A program made the translations under genes and the position numbers. The notes beneath the pieces were generated by a model. It had not been told where the DNA came from. It saw nothing but the letters and a program-made list of their open reading frames with translations, and ran no database searches. DNA of 64,000 nt, taken from the IMG/VR virus record IMGVR_UViG_3300032236_001530, positions 32,001 to 96,000 of that record; one strand, 5' to 3'. The DNA comes from a virus. This document shows, piece by piece, positions 1 to 10,153 of the stretch. Positions within the stretch are counted from its first letter, which is position 1. The number at the start of each line of letters is the position of its first letter.

Positions 1-255
1 GCCTTTTTTAATAACAATTTTATCATAGTTATTTATATCTGATAAAATGATTTCACCGTTGGATGTAAAAGAAGCATCTTGATCGTCGGATGACCTTTCA
101 AGGAAAATTGTTTCTGAAACCCAAAACTGAACATTACCCAGTGTGTTGGAATCCAGATTATATGTTTTTCTAACGGTGTCTGTGAATAAAACTTTTTTAC
201 TAGAGCCACAAGATGCTAGTAAAATTAAAGATAGGATAAATAGTAAATTTTTCAT
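1..255 (-). CDS. Lipoprotein, runs off the window edge
   Basis: Manual translation MKNLLFILSLILLASCGSSKK..., lipobox LASC, open to position 1. Confidence 0.75.
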   Translation of the reverse strand, partial: MKNLLFILSLILLASCGSSKKVLFTDTVRKTYNLDSNTLGNVQFWVSETIFLERSSDDQDASFTSNGEIILSDINNYDKIVIKKG

Positions 256-256
256 A

Positions 257-679
257 TTATAATTTGTGATTGTTTTTTAAGAAGTCGACAATAAAGATTA
301 TAGCACAACCTGTTATAACAGCACCTAACTTTTTTGTATTTTTTTGGCGCATATTATACTCTTCAATTGGGTTAAGTTTAACTTTGTAACTTTGTGAGTT
401 ATAAATTCTTGTATTAGAATAAGCCTTATATTCTGAATACTCACTCTTTGGTTGATTTGATTTATAATTAGAAAAATCAACTTTTGACTGAGTTGGTTTG
501 TAATCTGAATAATTAGTAGTTGTGTTAACAGAATATTCTGTTTTAAGTGAGTCTAATGTTTGTGCTTTAGCTTTTGTTGCTAATACAAATATAATGGCTA
601 GTATCATTAATAGCCAAAGTAACTTTTTGAGGAATTTAAAAAGTAGATAAACTACTACCAAGAATATTAATATTTTCAT
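257..679 (-). CDS. Hypothetical membrane/secreted protein
   Basis: Hydrophobic N- and C-terminal segments; TAnnTTTG promoter upstream. Confidence 0.6.
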   Translation of the reverse strand: MKILIFLVVVYLLFKFLKKLLWLLMILAIIFVLATKAKAQTLDSLKTEYSVNTTTNYSDYKPTQSKVDFSNYKSNQPKSEYSEYKAYSNTRIYNSQSYKVKLNPIEEYNMRQKNTKKLGAVITGCAIIFIVDFLKNNHKL

Positions 680-699
680 ATAGTGGTTATTTTATAACA

Positions 700-731
700 C
701 AAATATACAAAGTGTTTTTTATAAAACCAAA
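700..731 (-). promoter_or_regulatory. Bacteroidota housekeeping-sigma promoter (TTTG-N20-TATATTTG)
   Basis: TTTG at 731-728, TATATTTG at 707-700, 20-nt spacer; matches the -33/-7 consensus. Confidence 0.75.
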
Positions 732-1409
732 TTATATTCCTAAATTATCTAATTTTCTTCTACGAATTTCTGTTTTTATTAGAGCTTGTAATTTTTCTTT
801 TTTTGATTCAGTATAACCTTGAACAGATATTTCACCATGTTCATCTTGTTTAGCATATCTTTTTAATTCTTCTGCGTAAAAGTAATTAATAAACGTAGTA
901 TCATATTCAAAATTACTTAACTCTTCTACCAACTCTTTAGTTTGAAATTCAACCTTCTTAAAATTCAAAATAATCAAATCAACATCTATATAAATTATCT
1001 TATCGGTATACTTATCAATCAAATCTGAATAAAATAGATTCATATACTCAACCACATAAGGTGATTGAATTTTCATATAAAGTGAGTTACAATGAACTTT
1101 CCATTTTTGATATTCACCAGAATCACCAGAAACACTAGATAATAATTTTAAATCTTTTTTGTTTTTAAGAAACCATCTAACCCTTTCAATATCTTCTTTC
1201 CATTTTTCATCTATCAAACCAGCATCAAACAAACCAATTAGTAAAGATGGAAAAAGTGCGTTCAAATCTATTTGAACTACATCTTCATATAGATTACCTC
1301 TACTGAAATCACCTAAATGATGTATTCTTTTATCTCTAACAACCCAATTATTAAAACTAAGACCTTCTAATTTTTTTAGACGTTCTATATAATCCTGTCT
1401 TAGTTTCAT
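732..1409 (-). CDS. Miniature family B DNA polymerase-like protein with C-terminal RxxKLxxLG tag
   Basis: DLNALFPS (motif A), KVHCNSLY (motif B), YIDVD (motif C) in the correct order in 225 aa. Confidence 0.6.
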   Translation of the reverse strand: MKLRQDYIERLKKLEGLSFNNWVVRDKRIHHLGDFSRGNLYEDVVQIDLNALFPSLLIGLFDAGLIDEKWKEDIERVRWFLKNKKDLKLLSSVSGDSGEYQKWKVHCNSLYMKIQSPYVVEYMNLFYSDLIDKYTDKIIYIDVDLIILNFKKVEFQTKELVEELSNFEYDTTFINYFYAEELKRYAKQDEHGEISVQGYTESKKEKLQALIKTEIRRRKLDNLGI

Positions 1410-1861
1410 ATTCCTAATTCTTTTAACTTTTCTTCACGAACTTCTGATAAAAATCCTTTTGGATAAAACTGAACAATAAAACGATATCCTTGATTAGTCA
1501 TATAATCAACTCTACTATTCTCAAACTTTGTTTCACCTGAGTTAGAACCGGCTCTTGGCATAACTTCATCTGATGGATCCCAAAACATATTAACGAATCT
1601 ATATTCTAATGTTTTGCGCCATTTATCTTTAGCATTATCAATGTAAGGGTTTGTATTATTTTGATCGTAGATTGAATTAGAAATACCATCTTCAAAATTA
1701 AATGTAACTTTGTAACAGAACTCAATTTCTGGATAACCAGTGTAATATTTATCCATTCTGAATAAATTAACAGATTCTACTTTACGAGAGTGACCATCAA
1801 CTTTAATTGATTCAATTACCTCTTTCCACTTATCAGTTAATATTTTAGAAAATACATCCAT
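1406..1861 (-). CDS. Hypothetical protein, C-terminal tag family (REEKLKELGI)
   Basis: ORF, coupled to neighbours, shared C-terminal motif. Confidence 0.75.
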   Translation of the reverse strand: MDVFSKILTDKWKEVIESIKVDGHSRKVESVNLFRMDKYYTGYPEIEFCYKVTFNFEDGISNSIYDQNNTNPYIDNAKDKWRKTLEYRFVNMFWDPSDEVMPRAGSNSGETKFENSRVDYMTNQGYRFIVQFYPKGFLSEVREEKLKELGI

Positions 1862-2196
1862 TACAATCCTAATTCTTTTAATCTTTGTTCTCTTACTTCT
1901 TGTATAGAAGGTAATTTAACTCTGGTTGATTTACCTTTTGTACCATCTGATAATGTAGGCGCATATTTACCTGCCTTTGATATACCAGATGTACGAGAAA
2001 ATAGTTTCTTTTCTTTAATTGGAAGAAATCCCTTCATAGATGAAAATTGAGCTTGTGTTATTTCAATTATCTCATGATGTAAATATTTTCTACAATCATC
2101 ACTTTCACCTACCCAACGAGCAAGCAAATGAAGATGGTACTGACCATTATTCTCAGTTATATAATCACCACTATTTGAGTTTATCCAATAATTCAT
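1861..2196 (-). CDS. Hypothetical protein, C-terminal tag family (REQRLKELGL)
   Basis: ORF, shared C-terminal motif. Confidence 0.75.
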   Translation of the reverse strand: MNYWINSNSGDYITENNGQYHLHLLARWVGESDDCRKYLHHEIIEITQAQFSSMKGFLPIKEKKLFSRTSGISKAGKYAPTLSDGTKGKSTRVKLPSIQEVREQRLKELGL

Positions 2197-2197
2197 A

Positions 2198-2563
2198 TTA
2201 TACTAATCTACAAGGTATTTCTAAATCTTCTGATAGGTAATAAATAGCACATACTCTGTGATACCCATCAGCTATAATTAAGCGATTTTCACTTCTAACT
2301 AAAAGCACAGGTGATAACATTTCACCTTTCTTTACTTTCTTTAAATTCTTTTTAACATGGATATTATCCTTAGGTAACATCGGTAATCGAGAAGCTCGCA
2401 AAACATCTTTTGCTTTCTTTTTAGTTGTATCTGCTTCCCTTAAAGACTTAACAATCTTAGTTACTTTTGCTTCATTAAAATGTAGGTCTAAGTAGTCTGA
2501 TGCTGCCGGAAAATCATGTTCCTCTGGATTTTCTAACCAGATTGCTTTTTTACTTTTCTTCAT
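2198..2563 (-). CDS. ParB/Srx N-terminal-like domain protein
   Basis: PVLLV...IIADGYHRVCA motif. Confidence 0.6.
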   Translation of the reverse strand: MKKSKKAIWLENPEEHDFPAASDYLDLHFNEAKVTKIVKSLREADTTKKKAKDVLRASRLPMLPKDNIHVKKNLKKVKKGEMLSPVLLVRSENRLIIADGYHRVCAIYYLSEDLEIPCRLV

Positions 2564-2939
2564 TTAATTTATCTTTTATGAATTTTTTACATTTTTTATA
2601 ATACTTATTTTCAAACTCTCTGGCTTGAACCTCAAATGGATTTAAGTCATATCCCCATTCTTCATCTAATTTACAATAAATTCTATTATCAGGAAGTGAA
2701 GGCATTTGGAGAAAATGACAATATTCATGAATGATTGTTTTTATTATATCTTTTTTTGTTTTACAATTTAATGGGAAAACTTTAATAACTCTATTAACAT
2801 AAGAGCCATAGTATCTTTTATATCTTCTATCATAAGAAATAACAAGGTCACAATCTTTGGTTTTCAAAGGTGAGCCCCATTTTAATTGACACCATTTAAA
2901 TGCTAATTCTGCTACCTTAGTGGATTTATCTTGAGTCAT
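2550..2939 (-). CDS. SprT-like/zincin metallopeptidase (start likely MTQDK)
   Basis: TIIHEYCH plus NPFEVQA; promoter TATCTTTG at 2944-2951 with TTTG 20 nt upstream. Confidence 0.65.
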   Translation of the reverse strand: MTQDKSTKVAELAFKWCQLKWGSPLKTKDCDLVISYDRRYKRYYGSYVNRVIKVFPLNCKTKKDIIKTIIHEYCHFLQMPSLPDNRIYCKLDEEWGYDLNPFEVQAREFENKYYKKCKKFIKDKLNEEK

Positions 2940-2990
2940 GTTACAAAGATACAAAAATTATTTACAATAAACAAATTAATATATACAATT

Positions 2991-4127
2991 ATGATTAAGA
3001 AATTTAATGATTTTAGTGAATCTTTATTAGAAAGTTTGCTTAATGAGTCTATTCTTTATTTTTCACCAGACTTTAGAAATAAATTAAAGATGATGAAGAA
3101 TAAAACAACAAGTTTAGTTATAAATAACATAACTAATGACTTGTTGAATTTAGAAGGTGAAAACCTTGACTCTGATGTAACATTTATTGATTTATCAAAA
3201 GATGAAGGATTTCTACACTTTATGCCTATGGCTAAAGCAATTGATAAAATACACACAAAGTTTCCAACAACTAAAGGTGTTGATGGCTTAGACGTTCAAG
3301 TAGATACCTACACCAATGACCTGTTGTATGATAGAGAAATGGATGGTTGGAACATTGGCATTTATAAAGGAACTAACTCAATTAAAGTTGGTAAGTTTAT
3401 CCAAAAAGTAATGCCTGGTAAATATAATGATAAACAAATTGAGGAATTTGTAAATAATCTAAAATCTATTCAAAGTAATAATCAAGAAAAAATAAGTCTT
3501 GTAAAAGGAGAAGATATTAAATATTGGTATAATAAGGATAATTACTTATCACAATCAGGAAGTTTAGGTAATTCTTGTATGGCTGATAAAGACTTTTTTG
3601 ATATCTACGTTAAAAACCCAGATGTTTGTAGATTGTTAATAATGACTATTGGTGATAAACTAATAGGTAGAGCACTTGTTTGGAAGATAAATTCTTGTGA
3701 ATATGCCACGCTCCCGATTGATGGTGATGATTTAAATTTTGAATATTATATCGATAGAGTTTATACTAGCAAAGATTATCAAATAAACATAATAAAAGAT
3801 TATGCAAGAAATCAAAGGTGGGCTCTTCGTTCGTCTAACGGATATTCAAGTGGACAAGGTATTGAATATAAAGGCAAAGAAATAGAGGTTAAAATGTCTG
3901 TTAAGATTAATAGTAAGATAAAATATAAATCTTATCCCTATATGGATACTTTTGTAAGATATGATTATGTAACTGGTTTACTTTGGAATGATGATAGAAA
4001 AGATAGGAATACAAGAGGTCATATTCTTAGATCAACTCAAGGTGATTACTTAGAAGGTTATCCAAGAGGATATATTAGAAGATTTGGTGATTACTTTGGA
4101 TTAAATCTTCCACCATTCGGAGAATAA
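2991..4127 (+). CDS. Conserved phage protein with N-terminal MIKKFNDF motif
   Basis: AATATATA just upstream of ATG at 2991; GSLGNSCM...GRALVW...YIDRVY...YPYMDTF pattern. Confidence 0.7.
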   Translation: MIKKFNDFSESLLESLLNESILYFSPDFRNKLKMMKNKTTSLVINNITNDLLNLEGENLDSDVTFIDLSKDEGFLHFMPMAKAIDKIHTKFPTTKGVDGLDVQVDTYTNDLLYDREMDGWNIGIYKGTNSIKVGKFIQKVMPGKYNDKQIEEFVNNLKSIQSNNQEKISLVKGEDIKYWYNKDNYLSQSGSLGNSCMADKDFFDIYVKNPDVCRLLIMTIGDKLIGRALVWKINSCEYATLPIDGDDLNFEYYIDRVYTSKDYQINIIKDYARNQRWALRSSNGYSSGQGIEYKGKEIEVKMSVKINSKIKYKSYPYMDTFVRYDYVTGLLWNDDRKDRNTRGHILRSTQGDYLEGYPRGYIRRFGDYFGLNLPPFGE

Positions 4128-4131
4128 TAAT

Positions 4132-4163
4132 AAAAAACCCACTCAAATGAGTGGGTTTTTTTT
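4132..4163. terminator. Bidirectional intrinsic terminator
   Basis: AAAAAACCCACTCA-AA-TGAGTGGGTTTTTT between convergent genes. Confidence 0.85.
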
Positions 4164-5700
4164 ATTTAATTTGAAACAAATCTTTATATGTAGTGATAGT
4201 TGATTTATCTATTCTAACATTAATATGACTAGGATCTAACTTATCAGTTGTATCAACTCCCATAGCCGCCATAACTTCTTTAACCTCGTGTATAATAGCT
4301 TTGTGATAGTTATAAACACGAACTCTTTTTTCAGCTGGATTAAGACCTTTAACTAAGTGAGGATTTTGAGTAGCAATACCAACAGGACAAGTATTCTTAT
4401 TACATTCTCTTGCTTGAATACAACCTAAACTCAACATAAAAGCTCTAGCAGCATTTACGCAATCCGCACCAATTGATAACAATTTAACGATATCAAAGCT
4501 TGTAGAAGCTTTACCAGAAGCAATAATTTTAACTTGGTCTCTTAAACCATTTAATTTCAATTGTTGATCAATAAAAACTAAAGCATCTACTAATGGTGTA
4601 CCAATACTATTTGTGAAAACAATTGGAGCAGCACCAGTTCCACCTTCACCACCATCAATTGTGATAAAGTCTGGGAAGGTGTTAATTTTTTTCATATGGG
4701 CAATTAACTCAGCTACTTCTTGTTCATCACCTAAGCACATTTTAATACCAATAGGTTTGCCGTTACTTAATTGACGAAGTTTCTTTACGAAACGTAACAT
4801 ACTATCTGGGTTATTAAAAGCGGTATGATAAGGAGGACTCATTACATCAACGCCTGGTTCAACACCGCGAATTTCAGCAATTTCTTTTGTATTCTTTTTA
4901 GCAGGTAAGATACCACCATGACCAGGCTTAGCACCTTGAGATAATTTAATCTCAATCATTTTAACTTGCGGTAACATAGCATTTCTTTTGAAAGCAGCAT
5001 CGTCAAAAACTCTAACACCTTTTTCAGTTTTACCAGCACCAAAATAACCTGTACCTATTTGAAAACAAAGGTCACCACCTTCTTCTTTGTGATAAGGAGA
5101 TAAACCGCCTTCACCTGTGTTTTGATAAAAGTTACCTAATTTAGCACCACCATTGATGGCTTTAACAGCAGCATCAGAAAGAGCACCATAACTCATAGCA
5201 CTTACATTAAATATACTGGCACTATAAGGTCGAGTGCAGAATTTAGAACCGATTGTAACTCGTGGTTCTGTTATTTGTTTAATATCTTTAGGATACATTG
5301 AGTGTTTAACAAACTCATATCCTTTTTCATAAACATCTAATTGAGTACCAAAAGGAGTTGTATTAATATCACCTTTTGCTTTTTGATAAACATCAGAACG
5401 AGCCTCACGATTGTAAGGAGTACCGTTGGTATCATCTTCAATAAAATATTGTTGAATTTTACTTCTTTCATGCTCAAATACCCAACGAAGTCTACCGATT
5501 AAAGGGTAGTTTCTAAGAAGTGAGTGTTGGGTTTGTATAATATCATGTATAACTACCCCAAGACCGATACCGGTCAGGATAGTTATAAACAATGATATTT
5601 CAAAAGAAGTTGTACTTTTTGATAGGAATGTTAATGTGGCAAATAAAGCAGTCAATATAATAAAGATTGCTAAAATCTTACCTCTTGTTAATTTGCTCAT
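4162..5700 (-). CDS. FMN-binding glutamate synthase family protein
   Basis: SAMSYGALS, NTGEGG, IEIKLSQGAKPGHGG, DGGEGGTGAAP, GCIQARECNKNTCPVGIATQ Fe-S motif; N-terminal TM helices. Confidence 0.93.
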   Translation of the reverse strand: MSKLTRGKILAIFIILTALFATLTFLSKSTTSFEISLFITILTGIGLGVVIHDIIQTQHSLLRNYPLIGRLRWVFEHERSKIQQYFIEDDTNGTPYNREARSDVYQKAKGDINTTPFGTQLDVYEKGYEFVKHSMYPKDIKQITEPRVTIGSKFCTRPYSASIFNVSAMSYGALSDAAVKAINGGAKLGNFYQNTGEGGLSPYHKEEGGDLCFQIGTGYFGAGKTEKGVRVFDDAAFKRNAMLPQVKMIEIKLSQGAKPGHGGILPAKKNTKEIAEIRGVEPGVDVMSPPYHTAFNNPDSMLRFVKKLRQLSNGKPIGIKMCLGDEQEVAELIAHMKKINTFPDFITIDGGEGGTGAAPIVFTNSIGTPLVDALVFIDQQLKLNGLRDQVKIIASGKASTSFDIVKLLSIGADCVNAARAFMLSLGCIQARECNKNTCPVGIATQNPHLVKGLNPAEKRVRVYNYHKAIIHEVKEVMAAMGVDTTDKLDPSHINVRIDKSTITTYKDLFQIK

Positions 5701-5750
5701 GATTATGATTTTTAATACACAAATATACGAAAGTTTTTGATATTGTGAAA

Positions 5751-6458
5751 TTATTTCTGGTTAAATTTGAAACCTGTTGCTTTTTCAATATCTTCTTTCT
5801 TAACTTTCCAGTGGTCTAAACCTACTGGTTTATCAGCTGTGTTGTCAAAAATATAATACTCATAAGTTTTTGTTTTCTTAATATAAATAACTTTCCAACA
5901 TTTAGTAGGGATATGTAAACCATCAATTATTGTTGCTGTTCCAAATGAACCACACCAAACATATACTGAATCATATTGTAAAGCTAATTCTCTTGTTCTT
6001 TCTTCTAATTTTTTCCAATCACCTGCATTTAATGAGTGATATTGTGGAGCCATATTAGTAAAATAAAAACACTCAGTTAATACTTTTTGAGCATCAACTT
6101 TTTTACCAGCTACCGTAATCGGACATTCATTATCCGCTGCAGGACACATATGGCCTCTATCAAAACCTTTTAATGATTTAGCTTTTTGTGCTTGGTTAGC
6201 AGCATCATACTCTTTTTGAATATCTGAACTTTTCTCAACAATTGGATCAGGTCCAAATTGGTCTTTTCTTTCTATTTGGTCACAACCACATCTTTCTTTT
6301 GTGTCCCACCATTGAACTAAAAGAGGGTAATCTAATGTAGGACTCCAAAGTGTTGTATAGCCACTATGTTTAATTGTAACCGTGTCTTTTGGAATCTGAG
6401 CCAACGCTTGACCTACCACGAAGAATAATGTGATAAGCGATAATAATAGTTTTTTCAT
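5751..6458 (-). CDS. Secreted DNA/RNA non-specific endonuclease (NucA-like)
   Basis: Signal peptide; DRGHMCPAAD, TNMAPQ...LNAGDWKKLE. Confidence 0.9.
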   Translation of the reverse strand: MKKLLLSLITLFFVVGQALAQIPKDTVTIKHSGYTTLWSPTLDYPLLVQWWDTKERCGCDQIERKDQFGPDPIVEKSSDIQKEYDAANQAQKAKSLKGFDRGHMCPAADNECPITVAGKKVDAQKVLTECFYFTNMAPQYHSLNAGDWKKLEERTRELALQYDSVYVWCGSFGTATIIDGLHIPTKCWKVIYIKKTKTYEYYIFDNTADKPVGLDHWKVKKEDIEKATGFKFNQK

Positions 6459-6508
6459 ACTGAATTTAATTTTAGATATATATTAAATTCTTCTGATTTC
6501 GTGGGTTT

Positions 6509-6853
6509 TTATTTCCAAATTATCTGTACTGCTAGAATTCCAGCGGCCAAACATAGACATACTATAGTTTTTGGCGTGAATGGTTCTTTCATTATAAATG
6601 ATGATAATAAAGCAAATACGATAGCACCAACAGCAAATCCAATAAGTCGTCCAGGCCAAACCTCACCATTAAATGCTAAAGCACAATATTTAGTAAAATA
6701 AATTAGTAAAAGTGAAATCGGAAATCCAAAAATAAAAGCCATTGAAATAGGGTGATTCTTAGCCCAAGTCCAAAAGAATTGACTTTGTAATTGTAAGTAA
6801 GCCAACGATTGTGCAATAGTAACAATTACCAATGATATTATAAAGTTTTTCAT
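6509..6853 (-). CDS. Small 4-TM membrane protein (DMT/SMR-like)
   Basis: Four hydrophobic helices in 114 aa. Confidence 0.6.
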   Translation of the reverse strand: MKNFIISLVIVTIAQSLAYLQLQSQFFWTWAKNHPISMAFIFGFPISLLLIYFTKYCALAFNGEVWPGRLIGFAVGAIVFALLSSFIMKEPFTPKTIVCLCLAAGILAVQIIWK

Positions 6854-7368
6854 AATCCTAAATTTTCTAATTTAACTCTTCTATCAAATGCCACTTCATC
6901 AACTAAATGATACTCATTTTTATCCATATTAAAACCTTTCATAAAAGAATCGATATTAAAATGATTGTTCATACTATCCAATAATGATTTACATTCATCA
7001 AGTATAGTTTGTTCAGTATCACCATCTTGGAATGGTCTAAATATCGAGTAACTAATTGGTCTGTCACCATTTATGTATTCAACATCACCACAATCTAATT
7101 CAATTCTCCATTTATTTCCGTGTTCCCAATATCTTCTATTAATGGATCTTACGAGAAAAAATAACCCTTCTTGTGTACATTCTTCGATATGTAAGAATAT
7201 TAAAAGACCATACCATCCACTTTTCATTTTATTAAATGATTTGTCTAATGTTGTACTTTGTACATGAACTCCTGGTAAAGCTTGAATAGCCATTAACAAA
7301 TCTTTATACTCTTTCTTGAGTTTATATCTGTTGATATCTGGTGTTTCTTTTCTTAAAATCATTCCCAT
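6850..7368 (-). CDS. Hypothetical protein, C-terminal tag family (RRVKLENLGL)
   Basis: ORF in coupled run. Confidence 0.75.
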   Translation of the reverse strand: MGMILRKETPDINRYKLKKEYKDLLMAIQALPGVHVQSTTLDKSFNKMKSGWYGLLIFLHIEECTQEGLFFLVRSINRRYWEHGNKWRIELDCGDVEYINGDRPISYSIFRPFQDGDTEQTILDECKSLLDSMNNHFNIDSFMKGFNMDKNEYHLVDEVAFDRRVKLENLGL

Positions 7369-7562
7369 ATTTGTTCAATTTTTTTATTTCTTTCTTCATC
7401 AACTGGGTAAAATAGTTCTTTTGTATACCAAAGATTTCTCAATTCATCATCAACAATTTTAAATCCAATATTATCAATATCAGTTACCACATAAGATTTA
7501 TCAATAGTTAGACCTTTAAGTTTACCAACCGAATCATTATCTGATTTACATCTAACTATCAT
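7359..7562 (-). CDS. Small protein, C-terminal tag family (RNKKIEQIWE)
   Basis: ORF in coupled run. Confidence 0.7.
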   Translation of the reverse strand: MIVRCKSDNDSVGKLKGLTIDKSYVVTDIDNIGFKIVDDELRNLWYTKELFYPVDEERNKKIEQIWE

Positions 7563-7900
7563 ACTCCAATCTTATTTAATTTAACTTCTCTTAGAAATGG
7601 TGTGATAATCTTATATGTCAATTCAATCATTGAGTTTTCAGATGTGTATATTTGATTATCAACCTCAACATGAATTTTATAATTTATTATATCAAACTCA
7701 CCAGTATCTGACCACATTTGAACTACACTATAATTCTTTTCAATTCTTATTTGTGTTGAAATATCATCTTGTTTATAATAATAATAAAGTAAATAGTGAT
7801 TATCTTGAGAGACAATAATCAAATCATCTATTAATAATCTCGAACTGAAGTTAAACCCATCATAAATAAGTTTAATATCTTTCCAAAGTTTTTCTAACAT
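7559..7900 (-). CDS. Hypothetical protein, C-terminal tag family (REVKLNKIGV)
   Basis: ORF in coupled run. Confidence 0.75.
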   Translation of the reverse strand: MLEKLWKDIKLIYDGFNFSSRLLIDDLIIVSQDNHYLLYYYYKQDDISTQIRIEKNYSVVQMWSDTGEFDIINYKIHVEVDNQIYTSENSMIELTYKIITPFLREVKLNKIGV

Positions 7901-8295
7901 AATATTGTTTCAATTTTTTTATCTCTTTCAAATGATTTAGTTACATCTGTGAATAACCAACTTTTATTTTCAACCTTTCCTGTATCTAAGTTCTTTTCAA
8001 TTAGACCTTTTGATATAATACTTTCTGTTTTATACTCAGTGATATCACCATTGTTATAAACAACTCTTTCAAGATAAGCATATGCCTCTGATGTTGGTGA
8101 TGATTTGAAAAAGCGAACAACTACTACATCACCTTTAGACAATTCAATAGTATCAGTTTCATCCCAATCACTAATATCTCTCATATCACCACATCTTTTA
8201 TCTCTACAATTTGACCATGAAATATCATTATTAACTAAAAAGAAATTCTCTTTTTGTAATTTCTCATGTATTTGACCAGGTATATAATTCATCAT
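7894..8295 (-). CDS. Hypothetical protein, C-terminal tag family (RDKKIETILC), ends in TAG
   Basis: ORF in coupled run. Confidence 0.75.
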   Translation of the reverse strand: MMNYIPGQIHEKLQKENFFLVNNDISWSNCRDKRCGDMRDISDWDETDTIELSKGDVVVVRFFKSSPTSEAYAYLERVVYNNGDITEYKTESIISKGLIEKNLDTGKVENKSWLFTDVTKSFERDKKIETILC

Positions 8296-8579
8296 ACTAA
8301 TTGGTTTAATTTGTATTCTCTTATAAGAGGTTTAATATAATTTATATCATCTTCTCTAAAGCACCTATTATTTAAGAAACCAGGTGATGTTATAAACTTT
8401 TCTGTTTTAATAACATCTTCTGGTTTAGAATCCGGTTTAATTTGTAAAGCAATAGTACTTATATAACCATATGCTTCTAGATTACCAACTTTAGAAGTAT
8501 AATATTGTATTTCTCTAACGAGGTTACCAACTCTTAGATATAATCTATCTTCAGGGTATTTTATGTAGTCATATCTCAT
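8292..8579 (-). CDS. Hypothetical protein, C-terminal tag family (REYKLNQLV)
   Basis: ORF in coupled run. Confidence 0.72.
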   Translation of the reverse strand: MRYDYIKYPEDRLYLRVGNLVREIQYYTSKVGNLEAYGYISTIALQIKPDSKPEDVIKTEKFITSPGFLNNRCFREDDINYIKPLIREYKLNQLV

Positions 8580-8884
8580 GATAATAAATTTTCTAATTGT
8601 GAATCCCTCATTGCATTATTTAATAAAGGAATTATCTTCTCGGCATAAGGATTTCCATTGCTAATAACTTTTTTATCAATTAATAAAATTCCTAAATTTT
8701 TATCTTTATGATATAAACTAAATCCTTGTTTTTCGATTTTCCAATCAAACTCATTTATAACTGGAGCCAATGAATACTTATCTCGTAAATATTCTAAATC
8801 ATCCGAAAACTCATAACTAATCAAATCTCTATCAGGATTTGATATAGCATGACTTCCTTTATATTCTATTACAACATATCTCAT
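8576..8884 (-). CDS. Hypothetical protein, C-terminal tag family (RDSQLENLLS)
   Basis: ORF in coupled run. Confidence 0.72.
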   Translation of the reverse strand: MRYVVIEYKGSHAISNPDRDLISYEFSDDLEYLRDKYSLAPVINEFDWKIEKQGFSLYHKDKNLGILLIDKKVISNGNPYAEKIIPLLNNAMRDSQLENLLS

Positions 8885-9462
8885 TTTAATAACCTTTCCA
8901 ATTGTAAATTTCTCAATTCATCAGTAGTTCTATGAAACCACCAAGTTCTTTCATAAGCTTGTCTTAATTGTCGCCAATTAGGCATTGAATCCCAAACACC
9001 ATATATCAAAAGATAATCGTGCCACATTGGTAGTCGTTGAATTTCTGTTTCAACTTCACCCATATAATGGTGATATTTCTTACCTTCGTATTTATATTCA
9101 TACTTAACTTGCCACTCCCAAGTTCTACGACAATCTACCCACTCAAGTTCTACGGTTTGATCACAAGGTAAAGAATTTAGATAAAGACCTAACTTTGGAT
9201 AAAACAACTCGTGGTCATGTGGTACATTAGATTTGTATCTACCATCCATCAGTTTCTCATAAAGAAAAAACTGACCTATTTTTTGAGGTCTATTTGTATC
9301 AAAGTAGTTATACTTATCAAAATGATTCTTAAATAGAGTTTTGTCAACTAATTGAACATCAGAATTGACTTCTGAAAACTGCAACGTAATATGTTGATCT
9401 TTTTCAATTTCTCTAATGTAAATTGACTTTTCCTTACTCTTTAAAATTTCTTCTTTTGTCAT
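8881..9462 (-). CDS. Hypothetical protein, C-terminal tag family (RNLQLERLLK)
   Basis: ORF in coupled run. Confidence 0.75.
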   Translation of the reverse strand: MTKEEILKSKEKSIYIREIEKDQHITLQFSEVNSDVQLVDKTLFKNHFDKYNYFDTNRPQKIGQFFLYEKLMDGRYKSNVPHDHELFYPKLGLYLNSLPCDQTVELEWVDCRRTWEWQVKYEYKYEGKKYHHYMGEVETEIQRLPMWHDYLLIYGVWDSMPNWRQLRQAYERTWWFHRTTDELRNLQLERLLK

Positions 9463-10094
9463 AATTTAATTTCCTCAACTACCTCATTAAGAAGTTTAAA
9501 TTTCTTATAAATTCTACTATATCTATACTGGTCGTCACATTCAACATAATATTTTTTATCACCAATAGAAATGGTTGAAATGCGAGGAGCTTCTTTTTCT
9601 TTGTAAATAAATCTTAATTTACTCTCTATCATTTCTGATAGAATTTCTCTCACACGAAGATGATAATGTTTAGTGTTACCTTGTAAAGATTGATACAATT
9701 CACCAAGTTCAAATGCCTTCTCATTGGAAAGTAAAAATTCTAATTTTTCATTTCTATTGTTAATTGTTTTTTCAGTATTGAATTTAACTAAATCAGCCGA
9801 ACGAATTCCCCAAGAATCATACTCCGAATTCTTACTTAACTCTCTTTGATAAATTTTACCTTCTCGGTTGAAATAAACTTTTCTTTTATCCTTTTCAAAT
9901 TCTTGTACTTCACTAACAATTCTATCAACACAATCAATAACAAGTTTTTGTCTATTTGAATGTCTTTCAAAAGCTTTGAGATATAGTTCATGAACCTCAT
10001 CAATAGTCCAAGCCTTTGGTTCACGTTTGAACTTCAATTTGAAAAGGTCTGAGTTTCCCCAAAATCTCTGATAATTTAAATGATTATATCCCAT
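9459..10094 (-). CDS. Hypothetical protein with internal tag motif (RNEKLEFLLS); start likely MGYNHL
   Basis: First gene after TTTG-N19-TATATTTG promoter at 10102-10132. Confidence 0.72.
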   Translation of the reverse strand: MGYNHLNYQRFWGNSDLFKLKFKREPKAWTIDEVHELYLKAFERHSNRQKLVIDCVDRIVSEVQEFEKDKRKVYFNREGKIYQRELSKNSEYDSWGIRSADLVKFNTEKTINNRNEKLEFLLSNEKAFELGELYQSLQGNTKHYHLRVREILSEMIESKLRFIYKEKEAPRISTISIGDKKYYVECDDQYRYSRIYKKFKLLNEVVEEIKL

Positions 10095-10153
10095 ATAATG
10101 GCAAATATACAAAATAGTTTAATAAATCCAAAATCAAATTTAATATATAGGGT

